Assembly: GCA_030324005.1 (NCBI GenBank)
Contig: JARDVH010000130.1
Span: 8,343,924-8,407,923, forward strand
Direction: 5' to 3'
DNA: 64,000 nt
Origin: Negaprion brevirostris
Taxonomy: Eukaryota
Of the stretch, positions 24,238 through 37,499 are shown piece by piece. Below the pieces are notes generated by a model that was not told the DNA's origin, searched no databases, and saw only the letters and a program-made list of their open reading frames with translations. Positions within the stretch are counted from its first letter, which is position 1. Each line of letters starts with the position of its first letter. The translations under genes were made by a program, and so were the position numbers.

Positions 24238-25741
24238 CTGTAGTTGTAAAGTATTTTCTGTTTAGTAGATTATTCGTGTAACAATTTTTTAAGCTCTCAA
24301 TTAAACTTTAATCGGGACAACATTTTTAAAAACCCTGATTATTAGCCCAATATAGAAAAATGGAAAATTATACACATTTCCTTTCATTTAGGTGGCAATG
24401 TTTGATACGACAATCAAACACTTAAATAACTTCCCTTACATACTAAACGTGTACAAACACAAATATACACAGAACCATCAATTCTTTCATGCTGCTTTTA
24501 TCTGATCTTAAATAAAATAGCACGACTTGAAAGGTATACTTATTCTGAATTTAGGATTGCTGCAAACATTTTAATTGGCTGTGAATACTGACAGAAGTAC
24601 CTTTTTAAAGTTAAGGAACATTTGAAAGGTAGTAAAAGTCTCATATTAATAATAAACAAGTTTGAAAGCAAGTTAAGTCACTTGATCATACAATGGGCTG
24701 TTAGCAGCGTGAATGCTTGGGCTGCTGTTATATTACCCTTTGGGTGTCACTGCAAATCAGTTTTCCTTGTGCATCAATGCTGAAAGGCAAATAACTCTGA
24801 GTCTGTAAAAGCTCTAGGGTCAAGTCTTGTACTGACTTTCAAGAGCACTACAGCCTAGAAGTCCATGAACTTAAGCCTCCTTTAGGTGGCTTGTAGGATT
24901 GGACTTTGCATTTCAGACTTTTGCAAAGCCACATTTTTACTAATTGGCTCACTGGGTCTCCCAGAACTTTACCCTTATGTGCTGCTGCCTCCAATAACAC
25001 GGAAACATTAGCACGGAAGCTGCATTCGGCACACTTAACCGGGGCTCAGCAGCTACACAGTCCAGAAATATTGGTGATCAAGAGATGGCTGGCATTGTTA
25101 ATTGTAGTATAACAGCAGTTTTAATACTCATCCCACTAATGGGTTTCATTTTTAAAGTAGCATGTTAAAAGTCAGACTCATTAATGAGCTGTCCTGCTGT
25201 GAAGCAATTGAAAGCCAATGGATATTGCATCTAAACTACTGCAAAAATGTACTCCACCCTTGATTCAGCAAATTCATCACTTTAAAAAAACTAAAGTCCA
25301 TAACTCTGCTTAGTTTATTGCCAATTCAGAAACCTTCAGCCAACACTTAAATTTTTCTGTTTGTGTGACACGTGAATGAAAAGAGATTCAGTAAGATTTC
25401 TCTTAATGATTGCTGTTACTGGAACAGGCCACTTGGCGTGAGATTATCCAAACAGTTGCCTGAAGATGCTTTGAGACTGAAAACGTTATAAACAAAGTTT
25501 ACGGATAGAATTCCATTTTAGGCTTAATTTAAATACTGATCTCTTCGGCCAAAATTAGGCAAGACAGCTCATTTGCACTATTCATGAACGATAATCAAAA
25601 AATGAATCAATGTTAAAAATAAAAATAAAACCACTAAATAAAAAGAGGAAGTGAAATAATCACGTGACATAAAACAATGAGAAGGGAAAGGTGGGTGGAG
25701 CAGGTTTAACAGGCAAACAGTGGCAATAAGCAGCCACTTAC

Positions 25742-25930
25742 AGGATCTGCTCCATTCTTTGGATCTTCTGGTTCAAAGTGGATCTTCATTTCGTCTGGTT
25801 GATGCACCAGGTTTCTGGCAGAACTGGGCCAAAGGATGCTTTCACTGGGATGAGGGGGAACTGTGGGAGCCCTCTCTGTCAAGTCATATGACTGGGGCAG
25901 AGGAGGGCGAGGAGGGGCTGTTTCATCTTC
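25742..25930 (-). CDS. PLEKHA5: PLEKHA5 proline-rich exon (EDETAPPRPPLPQSYD...KNGADP)
   Basis: Acceptor ctttag, donor CCT/gtaagt; 189 nt, phase 0-0; PPRPPLP motif shared with PLEKHA5/6/7. Confidence 0.9.
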
Positions 25931-26500
25931 CTAAAGAGTCCATATAATAAATGCACTGCACAGTTTGAGATATGCCAAGTATTCTTCCAAAATTTATGTA
26001 CACAAATCAACTCATGATCATGCGCAATCATTTTAATTCCAAAAATATATGAAAGCAGATAATGCATTACAATCTATTCCTCAACTCAAGGTCATCTAAT
26101 TCAAACAACTAGATAATTACTAGATAACATTTTTGGCATTGACATTTTAGTTAAGTTGGTTAATTTGAATTTCTAAATAATTCAGTATTTTGTGTCAAAA
26201 TGACTTTGAATAATCAGAAATAAAGTGTACTAACTACAAAAAGATGGATGAGCGATGACATTTTTAAAAAAATTACTTCTTTTCCATCGTCAGAACATAG
26301 CGCTAAAAGTAAATTCTCCCTACCTAGTAAAGCAATTACTAAATTAAGGTAAGTTTCTAATCTATACACTGAAATGTCAGAAATTAATGTGACGTTGTCT
26401 AAACTTGTATTCAGCTTCAGATTATATCCAAAATATTAACCTAAGATTTTTCTTCCCACAAAAAGAAGTTGTATGCCAGTGGCTGAGAACCATTGCTTAC

Positions 26501-26553
26501 CTCTTGCCTACACCTTAATGTAGAAGCAGATCCAGACTGTGACCCGACAGTAC
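26501..26553 (-). CDS. PLEKHA5: PLEKHA5 coding exon (GTVGSQSGSASTLRCRQE)
   Basis: Acceptor ttcttag, donor GAG/gtaagc; 53 nt, phase 1 to 0. It restores the frame and is positionally equivalent to GMIGSKPFSTVKYKNE. Confidence 0.85.
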
Positions 26554-27699
26554 CTAAGAACAGAAACAAAAATTAAAATTAGATGTTTTGTAGCAAGAGA
26601 ATTTTGAATCAAATCCTCATAAAATGTGCTAGCAGAAACTCAGCTTTATTTTTGGATTCTATATGATTCATTGCTATTGTTTAAAATTGTGTTTTCCAAA
26701 TATTACTTAAATAATAATGTCCAAAGAGTCCCCCTCCCACCCCAACCCAACTCCCATTTAACTGGATATAAAGGACGAAGAAATGAAAGCATTGTTGATT
26801 TTCCTCTTTATTTTCCATACAACATAATGACAAGAATGATCCTCAATGTGAGCCAGGTTCAGACAGGCTTAAGCTTTAGTCAGCAGAAATAACAAAATTG
26901 CACAGATAAAATGATCCTGCAAGATTGCTACAAGAAAAGTCAGGAGAGCCAGCAGAATTCAATGAGACCTAACATAGGTGAACAGACTGACACATGGGCA
27001 AAAAAAGTTCTTCACTGAAGGGAAGAGGTGGGTGGGGAAAAAAAAATTTCAAACATCTGCCAAACAAGGTAGCAGAATCAAAGCATCAGAATTGTAGTTG
27101 AGTATAACGATAAGTCAGTTATGAATGGGCTTTGGTGGACTAAATAGCCAGTATTTAGGAGCTGCTTTTATAATTATGCAGTTTGTGAAGGTGCTGCAGA
27201 AATCTATTTTGCTTCAAATGGAGTAATTTACAAGAAACACAAACTTGAGGACCAAACTGGAAAAACACACCACTGTCCTAAAACAAAGCAGCAGGGGTTC
27301 TCCCTAACATGCAAATCATTTGCTGCTTTAGGATTCCTTTGTTGTGGAGAACTTTTTCTAATGGCAGTGGACCCAGCAGTAGCAGCAGACTAATACGCTC
27401 CCACCAACTGCTGCTCTGCTCCACTCCCAGTAACAAAAACCTCACCCTGTTTTAGTCCAGTTGCTGATTTCAAATTGTAGGCAATGGAGAACAGGATGTA
27501 ACAGGAAAAAAGCTTTAAAATCAGCCATAATTGAAGTTAGAAGTCGAACAGGGGAAGAAAGCTGCAACATAAGCATAACAGATCTGCCACATCATAGAGT
27601 TAATAGGAAGGTACTGGGTGAAGTTGTGAATCAAAATGTATACTCATGGGCAGCAGCAAAAATGGACCAAATATTCAGTGGGTAAGTTTCCAACTTATT

Positions 27700-28770
27700 T
27701 TCAAAACGTCTACACTAAGGTACTACATTTAGTATGGCTTGTGATTAAGGTCAGATCATAGGGAATCAGCAAATAAGTAGCAGAAATGGATGGTAACTTG
27801 GCTACAAAGCAAGAGTGCAGAGAATTCAGGATAGTTACTTTGATTGGCAAAGGTTGGGAAGCTTTTGCGCTGGATCACTTGTTAATAATTTACATGAACA
27901 ATTTGGACTTAGGAATCAGATACACTATTTTAAAGGTCTGGATGATACCAGATTGGAGGATGTGCAACTAGCATGAGGAGGTCCACAACAAGAATTTAGC
28001 AAACTCGAAAGATAGTCAAGCGGGGAGAAACTGGCACAACAGAGAAGTGTGAAGTAGTACATTTTGATAGATGTAAATTATTGGTAAGTAATTGTCCAAA
28101 TGGGCAGAGGAACAGAGGGGTCTGGGGGAATGGATACACAAATCATTAATTCCAATGACATAGATTAATAAGGGTATAAAAAAGCCTAAGGGTTCCTTTC
28201 TAAAGGGACAGAATTAAAAAGCAGATATGTTAAACTTATTTCAAACATCTTGAATGTCTGTCAGTCAATCATTCGAGTACTGGAATAGTTTGGATCTTCA
28301 ATTTATTAAAAAAAAACAAAATTTTCATTTATACAGCAATTATTTACATATATTTTAAAGAAGAATGCAGTCACTAAAGGTTGAACAGTCTGAGCCCCTG
28401 GAAGAGAAAGTTGAAGATAACTTGATCAAGGTCTCCAAGATTATGGAAGGGTCTGATAGACATAGGGAAAAGCTTCCAATTGTACAGGCATTGGGAACTA
28501 GAGGCCACATATATAGTTACAAATAAATCTAATAGGAATACTAGGAGGAACTTCATTACCCAGTGTGTGACTGGAAAGTGGAACTTGCTACCACACAGTG
28601 GTTGTGGCGAACAGCAAGGAAGCATTTAAGGGGAAACTAGATAACCACAAGGGAGGAAGAAATAATATGATAGGTTGATGGGATTAGATTAAGAGTGGGA
28701 GAAGGATCTTTAGTCTCAATAGTAGAATGGATCTGTTGGGCGAATGGCCTGTTTGTTTTGCAATGCTGAT
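27700..28770 (+). mobile_element. Degenerate CR1 LINE 3' portion
   Basis: IYMNNLDLGI-like RT remnant; aggaacttcattacccagtgtgtg; tail gggcgaatggcctgttt. Confidence 0.7.
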
Positions 28771-28897
28771 TCATTTCATTGTTTGGAATGGGTGGCAGGG
28801 AGAGAAATTTTTCAGAGTGTACACGGTAAACTGTTTCTTACTTATGAAAGCAGATTGATAATTATGCTGATCATTTGAACTCAAGTCATCAAGAGGT

Positions 28898-29320
28898 CAG
28901 GGGAGGTGATGGCCTCATGGTATTATCATAGACTATTAATCCAGANNNNNNNNNNNNNNNNNNNNNNNNNNNNNNNNNNNNNNNNNNNNNNNNNNNNNNN
29001 NNNNNNNNNNNNNNNNNNNNNNNNNNNNNNNNNNNNNNNNNNNNNGGGAACAGCAGATGGTGGGATTTGAATTCAATAAAAATGTCTGGAATTAAGAATC
29101 TACTGATGACCATGAAACCATTGTCGATTGCCATAAAACTCACTTCGTTCAATGTCCTTTAGGGAAGGAAATCTGCTGTCCTTACCTGTCCTGGCTTACA
29201 TGTGACTCCAGAGCCACAACAATATAGCTGACTCTCAGCTACCCTCTCAAGGGCAACTGGGAATGCGAAATAAATGCTAGCCAGCTAGCAACACCATATC
29301 CCACAAATGAATAAATAAAC
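28898..29320 (+). mobile_element. tRNA-derived SINE, same family as 21165-21525, with an internal N gap
   Basis: Shares core and tail sequence with 21165-21525. Confidence 0.8.
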
Positions 29321-29639
29321 TGGAAAGGAACTATTAACTGAGAAAACATTGCTTTGAATTGATAAACACAATTAAACTCAAATTCTCTTTAAAGACTTCA
29401 TAATGTAACTAACAATCTAGCTGCAGTTGTCATAGATATTTTAAAACACAAAGATTCGCTGTGGGGGGTTGTATGGTTGTGTGGAAGAAAATACAAAGAA
29501 CCCCACCAGTTAATTATACTGGAAATCATGATTGCTCCTGTTAAGTTTTGCATAAAAACACCAATGCCCACAAGTCCATCAGGTGGTGGTCTGCACGTAA
29601 CATCTTTGAGGCGCTGAGGGAAAAGAGGATGGTAAATCC

Positions 29640-30130
29640 TGCTAGGTGCTTTTCTGAGTGGAGTGTCAAAAGTCATTTGGTAGAATGCTCCATTGCCTGA
29701 TCTTTCTAACAAGCACCAAGATGTCACTTGGCTGGTGATAAGAAAGGCCCTTGCTGTCAGATCCTTCCTACATGCCTGGAGTCTCACTCGCTCTGAACTT
29801 TGCCCTCGAGATGGCTATGGTGGGCAAGAGACCACCGTTCACCTTTTTCTACAATATGTCTTTGCAAACACTCCTGGAAAAGATGCAGTGGCTTTTGTTC
29901 TGGTTCATTTTGAGCAACTCTGTGACGCAGGGTTCTCGTGCTCTATGGGCTGTTCCTAGGGATGCATACTGAGACAACTGTTGGTGGATCAACAACTCAG
30001 GGAAAGATGCTCTTCAGTCTGCCAGTGCAAAGAGTTGCCCTCAACCAAGTGCATGTACGTTCTAGGTGCTGAGGAATACACTATAAAGCTTGGGGCAGTT
30101 GCTGTAAAAGGTGCAATAAGGAAGGGTCAC
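29640..30130 (+). mobile_element. Tx1/L1-clade LINE ORF2 C-terminal remnant
   Basis: LSNKHQDVTWLVIRKALAVRSFLH...CPRDGYGGQETTVHLF, a decayed zinc-knuckle region typical of Tx1-like ORF2. Confidence 0.7.
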
Positions 30131-30510
30131 TCTCGAAAGCCTTTCAACCCCTTGAGCTAAATGCTTAACACTGAACATGAATACAAAATTATTGCAACTG
30201 CATTAAGGCACCACAGAGAAGAACACAGTGAATAAAGGAAAATTGAATTTGATTGCATTTTTGTAATTTGTCATTCTGAAATGTTTTGCCCTTGGGTTGT
30301 ATGCTTGGCCTGGAATGTATAATGAAAACGGCAGAAGAATGAAACTTGTATAAAGGCACTTAAGGGTGGAACATACTGTTTGGAACAAACTGAATGTAAT
30401 TTTCATGTTGAAAAAGCTTGTAATGTGTTGTTACAAATTTTATGAATGAAGCATATTTTTAGAAAAAAACTTGGAGATATCTTTCTTAAAATAAAGTTAG
30501 CTTCGTTTAC

Positions 30511-30625
30511 CAATGTTAACTGGAGTCCTTCTTTGCTGTTTGCTTTTGGTGAGCCCTTCCATAACATCGTCAATTCTCCAGAGCTCCTTTTGAATCTGTG
30601 GGCGTTGCTGACCAATTAACTCCAC
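30511..30625 (-). CDS. PLEKHA5: PLEKHA5 coding exon (VELIGQQRPQIQKELWRIDDVMEGLTKSKQQRRTPVNI)
   Basis: Acceptor ctctcaag, donor TTG/gtaaac; 115 nt, phase 0 to 1. Confidence 0.94.
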
Positions 30626-30759
30626 CTTGAGAGAAAAATAAAGGTTATTCTGACAAGTGCTGGCATGCATCACATTAAGGGTGAAACAAACTATCTGACA
30701 TATTGTCTTCCAATTGTATGTCAGACAGTAGTGTCTGGTTGGCTGCATCACATGCAAGG

Positions 30760-31050
30760 AAATACAAAATAAGGGCAGCAGTAGGCCATTCTGCCCCTCA
30801 AGGCTGCTCCACCATTCAATAAAATCATGGCTGATCCACTTATGTTTTGAGTTTCACATTCCCATCTATAACCTCAGACTCCTTTGCTTAGCAAGAATCT
30901 CTCTACCTCCACCTTACAAATATTCACAACTGTTTCCACCACCTTCTGAGGCAGAGTGTTCCAAATGCTCCGAGAGGAAAAAAAACTCTGTCCTATTGAA
31001 GCATTTTAAATCAATGCTCTATGGTTCTGGACCCACCCACAAGAGGAATA
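30760..31050 (-). mobile_element. CR1 3' tail fragment
   Basis: gcagtaggccattctgcccctcaag...ccattcaataaaatcatggctgatc. Confidence 0.7.
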
Positions 31051-31213
31051 ATACAATAGATCTGTCAAAATGGATAGAATAAAAGGAGATTATGAAAACA
31101 TATTATGCCTACCATTATACTACACTGGGTATATATTGGTGGGAAAGTATTAATTCGTTATTAGTACAAACATGCCCAGACATCAAGTCCATCTATTAAA
31201 ATGCAGCCAGTAC

Positions 31214-31315
31214 CTGAACGTCATCACATCTGTCTAGTTGTTCTTGTAAATGGTTTCTTGCCAGAGTTACTTCATACTCTAACTTATCATACTCTTTCCA
31301 TGTCTTTTCCAGTTC
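31214..31315 (-). CDS. PLEKHA5: PLEKHA5 coding exon (ELEKTWKEYDKLEYEVTLARNHLQEQLDRCDDVQ)
   Basis: Acceptor gtttag, donor CAG/gtactg; 102 nt, phase 0-0. Confidence 0.95.
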
Positions 31316-31432
31316 CTAAACCACAAGAGAACACAGTTTAAGTAGTTTGTTATTACAGACTTCACATGCTGTAGACCAGGCTGAAGCGGTAATTTGTACC
31401 AAGGCCGCTGCTTTCTGGTACTGAGATTAGCC

Positions 31433-31585
31433 CAGTAAGAAGTCCCACATCACCAGGTTAAAGTCCAACAGGATTATTTGGTAGCAAAAGCTTTTGCTAC
31501 TAAATAAACCGTTGGACTTTAACCTGGTGTTGTGAGACTTCTTACTGTGTTTACCCCAGTCCAACACCAGCATCGCCACATCATG
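31433..31585. mobile_element. Short fold-back insertion (Penelope-terminus-like) with a 13-bp target-site duplication
   Basis: Palindrome 31433-31547 centred at 31490/31491; direct repeat actgagattagcc at 31420-31432 and 31586-31598. Confidence 0.8.
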
Positions 31586-31951
31586 ACTGAGATTAGCCAC
31601 CGGGTGGGGTGCAAGAGCTGATTGTGACAACTCCTTCAGCCTCCCTTCTTAGCCACCACCCCCCGGCCACTTTCTTTGGGAATAGAATATCACGTTCAGT
31701 GACTTACAGTCAATGATACAGCGAGGTGAGGAGTTTGTGTCAGCTTAAGCTTGCATCAGGCAGCTCATGGAGCAGCACGCTGGTGTGCAAATTTTACATA
31801 AAATCAGAAAAAAATTGCCCTCAAGTGTTTACCTTATTCCATGCAAAAATGTTCACCAACAGTTTATGTGGGAGTTCAACACGTGGAAGAACACTGGATA
31901 AGCAGACCTGGCCTAATAGCAAAAATTAACGGCACAATGGTTGCAACTTAC

Positions 31952-32101
31952 TGCAGTGGCTCTTGATACCTCCCGGCAAGTGCTGAGCAATCCGCTTTGT
32001 AAGACATCTCTCTGTGAGGCTACACTTTGCACTATAGTAGGGTTTTCTGCGTTCATTTCAATCTCCTGACTTGCAGCCAGTAATGCCTGTTCAAGTGTAT
32101 G
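31952..32101 (-). CDS. PLEKHA5: PLEKHA5 coding exon (HTLEQALLAASQEIEM...LLSTCREVSRATA), coiled coil
   Basis: Acceptor ttgtag, donor GCA/gtaagt; 150 nt, phase 0-0. Confidence 0.95.
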
Positions 32102-32160
32102 CTACAAAAGACAAAGCAGGACATAATATTTCTTGAATCCAATATATACTGGACGCACGG

Positions 32161-32581
32161 CAGTGATGGGCCACCTAGGCTAATAGGTGGGCCGCATGAG
32201 TGTCCCTCCTTCACCCTAGTGGACTGCAAGATTGAAACCGGGCTTGGTGACTAGCCATGACGTATGAAGAAGTTTGAATACGTTAAATACACGGAGACCA
32301 TTTCATCAGTTACAAAAAGTGCCTATTCAAATACTATTAAAAAAGGCAAGAACAAAATAAATATTTACACTTTGAACTCAGAGAACGCACAGCTCTCTCC
32401 ATCAATACTCCGTGCATATCACTTCAGTTATACCAGTAGAATGAAAGCTACATGGACAGAAGTCAGTGGAATGTGGCAACCCTGAGTGTGGACATTGGTC
32501 AACAAAATGTCTCGTGGGCCACACTCAAAACCCAGACGGACCATGTGTACCCCCGCCCCAGTCACAGGTTGCCCACCACTG
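32161..32581. mobile_element. hAT-type MITE
   Basis: TIRs cagtgatgggccacct / aggttgcccaccactg (14 of 16 match); subterminal gggccgca/gggccaca motifs. Confidence 0.7.
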
Positions 32582-32631
32582 ATACATACAGATTCTGTTG
32601 AAATTGAATTAATTTAATAATAATTTCTTAC

Positions 32632-32712
32632 TTTCTCCTTGTGCAGCTGTTGCAGTTTCTCCTCTTGCTCATGAACAATCTTATCCTGCTCGCATAGCTG
32701 GCTCAGTTTACC
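32632..32712 (-). CDS. PLEKHA5: PLEKHA5 coding exon (GKLSQLCEQDKIVHEQEEKLQQLHKEK), coiled coil
   Basis: Acceptor ttttag, donor AAA/gtaaga; 81 nt, phase 0-0. Confidence 0.95.
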
Positions 32713-34487
32713 CTAAAATGTAAATGATAAATATGGACAAAATGAAGGGAAAACACTCTTCCGGAGTAGCATTGACTTTCATCATTAATCATTTCTTTAG
32801 GCTCAGCAAATGCTGAGCGCGTACATCAAGAAAAACGTCACCAGAAGCATTTATTTCCCATAAGTTTCCAGAACAACTCTCAATCAAAGCAAGCCAGAAT
32901 TCCTTTCTTAGGAAGGTAGTATACAAGTCAAAACCCAGCTCACAAACCCTCTCCTTTGGTTTACTGAACAGTGCCAGATATACTCTGATCAACAAACCAA
33001 TTAAAGAACAAAGTTTAAAATGCTTTAGCAGGTGAACACTTTGCTTGGGGGAGGGTGATTAATTTGACATGATTGTTGTTTGTATATACTTCTGGTTTAA
33101 CTGGGGCAGGGGGTTGGGGTTGTTGGTGAGCAACCAGCCTACAAGAGATGGGACAGAATGTTTACGTATCAATAAAAATGCATGCCTCTGGATTTCATGG
33201 CTGTGGGTTGGGTTTTGTAGGGCTCTGGAAACCCAACAGCTAAGAATAGGCCCCAAACCATCAGATTCAGCAAATTAGTTGTTTTTTCAGCCCTGTTTGC
33301 GAAACAGGAGGATCAAGAGTGCTGCCCTCTGGCACCCCAAGGGAAACAACCACAATCTTTCCCTCTTCCTAGTGATATGTCAATCTCTCCCGCCCTTTGA
33401 TCTTTTGATTTTTCCCTCCTTGCCTCTGAACCACGCTTCTTTCTGCAACATGGCTATAACCATCTAACAGAGGCCTTCCCAGCCAACAGCAGTCCAGCCT
33501 CTCAAACTGGCTGCAAGGGAGCGATGGAAAAAAAATCATGAAGAGGTCCTGCTGCTAAATTTGGCAAGGCCTTCAAGTTTCCATATTTCCAGCCACTGGC
33601 ATCTGCCACCATCCTTTTCCATAATATTTCTGTGAGAGAAACAGTTGTTTTCTGGGGCTATGCTTCTGAAGGAAAACGAAGAGGTTTATCTTTCTTCAAC
33701 TGTTTCTTCACCACTCCAAATCTGTAGAACTCCCACTCTTTTGGTAATTCTTCCTATATTTTTGCAAAACTTTTCTCTTGCTGCATCATTTTTCTTTATG
33801 AGTCATTCACGGATTTACCTTCCTCATTCTTAGCACCATAACCTCTCATTTGTATGTTTTCCTCGAGGGTATCATTATGCTCAAATTCCCGATACCCTTT
33901 CCTTAACTAAACCATGTTTATTTTGTTTAAGGTTAAGCTGCAGGTAACAGATGTAAATTTCCACTTAAACTGCAATGGAAATGAGCCACCCCAGGGGGAA
34001 AAAAAAACAGATTTAGGGAGAATGGGCATGTCACATGCACACAGCAGTGGGAAGATCCTAGCACAGGAAATAAAGCAAAAGCTCGCATAAGACTGCTATT
34101 CATCAAGTTAATACTTATACTAGGTAATTAATTAATTTCATTTTAAATAGAATTGAAAAAAGTATTAATGAGTCTTTAATTGCCTGTGACTGCTTTATTG
34201 CACATTGGACCATGGGTAGCACATTAGGCTGTTTCAAATCTACTAAAGCTTGCCCATTGTTCGATGGCTCCTTTACAGGAACATAGTAACACCAGCAGGT
34301 CATTCAGCTCATCGAGCCTGTTCTGCCACTCAACGTAATCTGTGGCTAGTCTGCGACCTGACTCCATTTATCTGCCTTTGTTTCATCTCTCTTAACTCTT
34401 GTGGCTAACAAAGATCTGTCAATTTGGTCTCAAGATTATCAATTGATCAAAGGGACTTCCAAACTTCTGTCCCTTGTGTAAAAAAAC

Positions 34488-34833
34488 GGGCAGCATGGTG
34501 GAACCGTGGACAGCATTGCTGCCTCATATTGCCAGGGACCCAAGTTAATTCTTTNNNNNNNNNNNNTTATTGGGTGATTGTGTGTGTGGAGTCTGCACAT
34601 TCTCCCCATGTCTGCATGGGTCTCCTTCAGTTGCTTCAGCTTACTCCCACTGTCCAAAGATGTGCAGGTCAAGTGGACTGGTTATGCCATATTGTCCCAT
34701 AATGTCCCAAAATGTGTTGGTTGGGGGAATAGCACGTCAAATATGTGGGGTTATGGGGGTGGAACTGGCTAAGATGCTCTGTCAGAGAGCCAGTGTAGAC
34801 TCCTTCTACACTGCAGGGAATCTATGATGATTC
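34488..34833 (+). mobile_element. HE1/V-SINE-like SINE inserted in an antisense CR1 tail (about 34290-34880)
   Basis: SINE head, V-domain and tail are present; CR1 sequence resumes after it (ctaatttcactcctaaaagg). Confidence 0.8.
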
Positions 34834-35279
34834 TAATTTCACTCCTAAAAGGTCAGACTATAATTTTTAGACTATGCGCCCAACTAGAGTTGCCATCTGT
34901 GGTTAAATATATTTCTGGAAGTTTCATCATATGACTTTCCACCACACTTCAGCCATTAGTCAGCCAACACATCCATCTTTATGACACAGTTTCTTCCTAC
35001 ACCAACAAGCAAGCAAAAAGATTAATGACCTAAATGGATGATGTCTTTCTCCTCCCACAAACCAGAATATTTTTATATCTGGTGAAGACAAAGGTTCAAA
35101 TAAAATTATATTTTAAAAGTTATTTAATTTCCTGATGATTTTTCTCCAGGGTTGCACAATGTCCTGGAGGTGTGGCATCACCAACGGCATTGCCACCCCC
35201 CGCACCAATATCAATTGCTGACATCGGGGTATTAGGACCCTCCCGATAAATCTCCTGGTGGACCCCGACATGCGAGTCC

Positions 35280-35530
35280 TACCCACTCCTACTCCATTCC
35301 TGCATGGCCCCCCTTGCAAATCCCTCCCACCTACACAACCTCCCCTTGCATAGCACCCACCCCACTTGAGTCCCTTCCTTTGCATAACCTCCCTTGCGCC
35401 CCCACCAATCACCCCCTTGCAGAGTTCCTGCTGCCCAACACCCTTGCAGGGTTCTCCCCTGCACATAAGCCCCATCATCTTACATAACCACCCCCACCAC
35501 AGCCCACCTCCACAGTCCACACATGATTGG
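35280..35530. repeat. Degenerate C-rich repeat (CCCTTGCA units) within a GC-rich repeat element of about 35150-35830
   Basis: Recurrent cccttgca-like units, irregularly spaced. Confidence 0.5.
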
Positions 35531-35874
35531 CGCTCCCTTGGCACTACCCAGTGAAGCCCAATCACCTGAGGGCTTCAGTGGCCTCTGATCCCCCTGCCAT
35601 GGCCATATTGCCTGGTTCCCACTACTGCTGGTAAGTAGTGATTCTCCCTAGTGTGGTGTCTCACTGGTGGGGGTGGAAGCAGCCGTGTGAGACTAGGTAA
35701 ATGCTTTTAACTTTCGTTATTTTTATGTAAGTGAACTTTGCACCTTTTCTGGGCATTAAGTCATTCTCACCGGCATAACAGGGCCGAGAGGATATGAGTT
35801 CTCACTGACGTCCAATAAAACCCCAAGATGGAAATCACCTGATCCTGGGGATTTGCCACTTTCCTGTATCATTA

Positions 35875-36890
35875 TCAGACCATAAGACATTGGAGCAGAA
35901 TTAGGCCACTCGGCCCACGATGTCTGCTCCACNNNNNNNNNNNNNNNNNNNNNNNNNNNNNNNNNNNNNNNNNNNNNNNNNNNNNNNNNNNNNNNNNNNN
36001 NNNNNNNNNNNNNNNNNNNNNNNNNNNNNNNCTGCGGCAAAGAGTTCCACAGATTCACTACTCTCTAGCTGAAGAAATTCCCTCTCATCTGTTTTAAAGG
36101 ATTGCCCCTTTAGCCTGAAGTTATAGTCTGGTTCTAGTTTTTCCTACTAGTGAAATATCCTTTTCACATCCACTCTATCCAGGCCTCTCAGTATCCTGTA
36201 AAGTTTCAGTAAGGTCATCCCTCGTCCTTTTAAACTCCAATGAGTACAGCCCCAGAGTCCTCCACCGGTCCACATACGACAAACTCTTCATTCCAGGAAT
36301 CCTTCTTGTGAACCTCCTACGGGTCATTTCCAAGGCCAGCACACCCTTCCTTCGATACGGGGCCTAAAACTGATCACAATACTCCAAATGAGGTCTGACT
36401 AGAGCCTTATACAGCCTCAGAAGTACATCCCTGCTCTTGTATTCTAGTCCTCCCGACATGAATGCTAACATTGCATTTGCCTAACTGCCGAATGAATCTG
36501 CACGTTAACCTTAAGAGAATCTTGAACAATGACTCCCAAGTCCCTTTGCGTTTCTGATTTCCTAAGCATTTCCCATTTAGAAAATAGTCTTTGCTTCCAT
36601 TCCTCCTTCCAAAGTGCATAACCTCATTTTCCACATTGTATTCCATCTGCCATTTCTTTGCCCACCCTCCTAACCTGTCCAAGTCCTTCTGCAGCACCCC
36701 TGCTTCCTCAACACTACCTGTCTGTCTACATATCTTTATATCATCTGCAAACTTACCAACAGTGCCTTCAGTTCCTTCCTCCAAATCGTTAATGTATATT
36801 GTGAAAAGCTGTGGTCCCAGCACTGACCCCTGAGGCACACCATTAGTCATCAATTGGCATCCTGAGAAAGAACCCTTTATCCCCAGTCTC
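35875..36890 (-). mobile_element. CR1 LINE 3' portion, comparatively well preserved
   Basis: GVPQGSVLGPQLFTIYINDLEEG...KFADD RT motifs; NLWNSLPQ; CR1 tail. Confidence 0.92.
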
Positions 36891-37499
36891 TGTCTTTAAT
36901 TTCTCCATTATCGTTATCTTGCCTATGTTACTTTTGTTGCGTTTCTGTCCTTGATGTTGAATGTCTGGTACGCTGACCTCTTTGGAGACGACAAATATAA
37001 ATGGCAAGTAATTATTCCCCTATTTCCTTATCATTGACAGCATCACTGTTATAATGCCTCACTGATGTCTCTAGTCTCCTTCAATAATCTGCAAGTAGTA
37101 CCATCTTGTCCTGCAGATACAATAGTTCTGGGCTCTTTTAGTTCCAACTTATGTATCATTGCATGTGGAGCCTCGAGAGAAGACAGAATCTTTACTGTCT
37201 TGTGCACACCTTCCACTCGAACAAATCTGCATCATTTTCTTGGTTCCTCCTCTCTGCCTTTTTACTGCTCATCTCACTCTTTTCAATAAATACTGAAAAA
37301 AATTACTTTTCTGCTTCACGTTTGCACTTAGGATGAATAAAGAGAATAAAAAGTAGAATTTTTTTCAGAAGTTGCCACCTGGCCAGATAACATTGCTAAC
37401 AAGTAGTAGTAGGTGACTAGGTTTGTAATATTGCAATACCATTCAGTTGGAGCAGTACAATTTTCAGGGTAGCCCAATGACTTCTATGTATTATAAAAC

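Noticed and set aside
35113-35565. 150-aa Gly/Cys-rich ORF resembling a keratin-associated or metallothionein-like protein
   Set aside because: It comes from a G-rich low-complexity repeat strand that is poor in stop codons, and has no gene structure.
36407-36853. 148-aa reverse transcriptase ORF as an active retroelement
   Set aside because: It is a 5'-truncated, frameshifted CR1 fragment.
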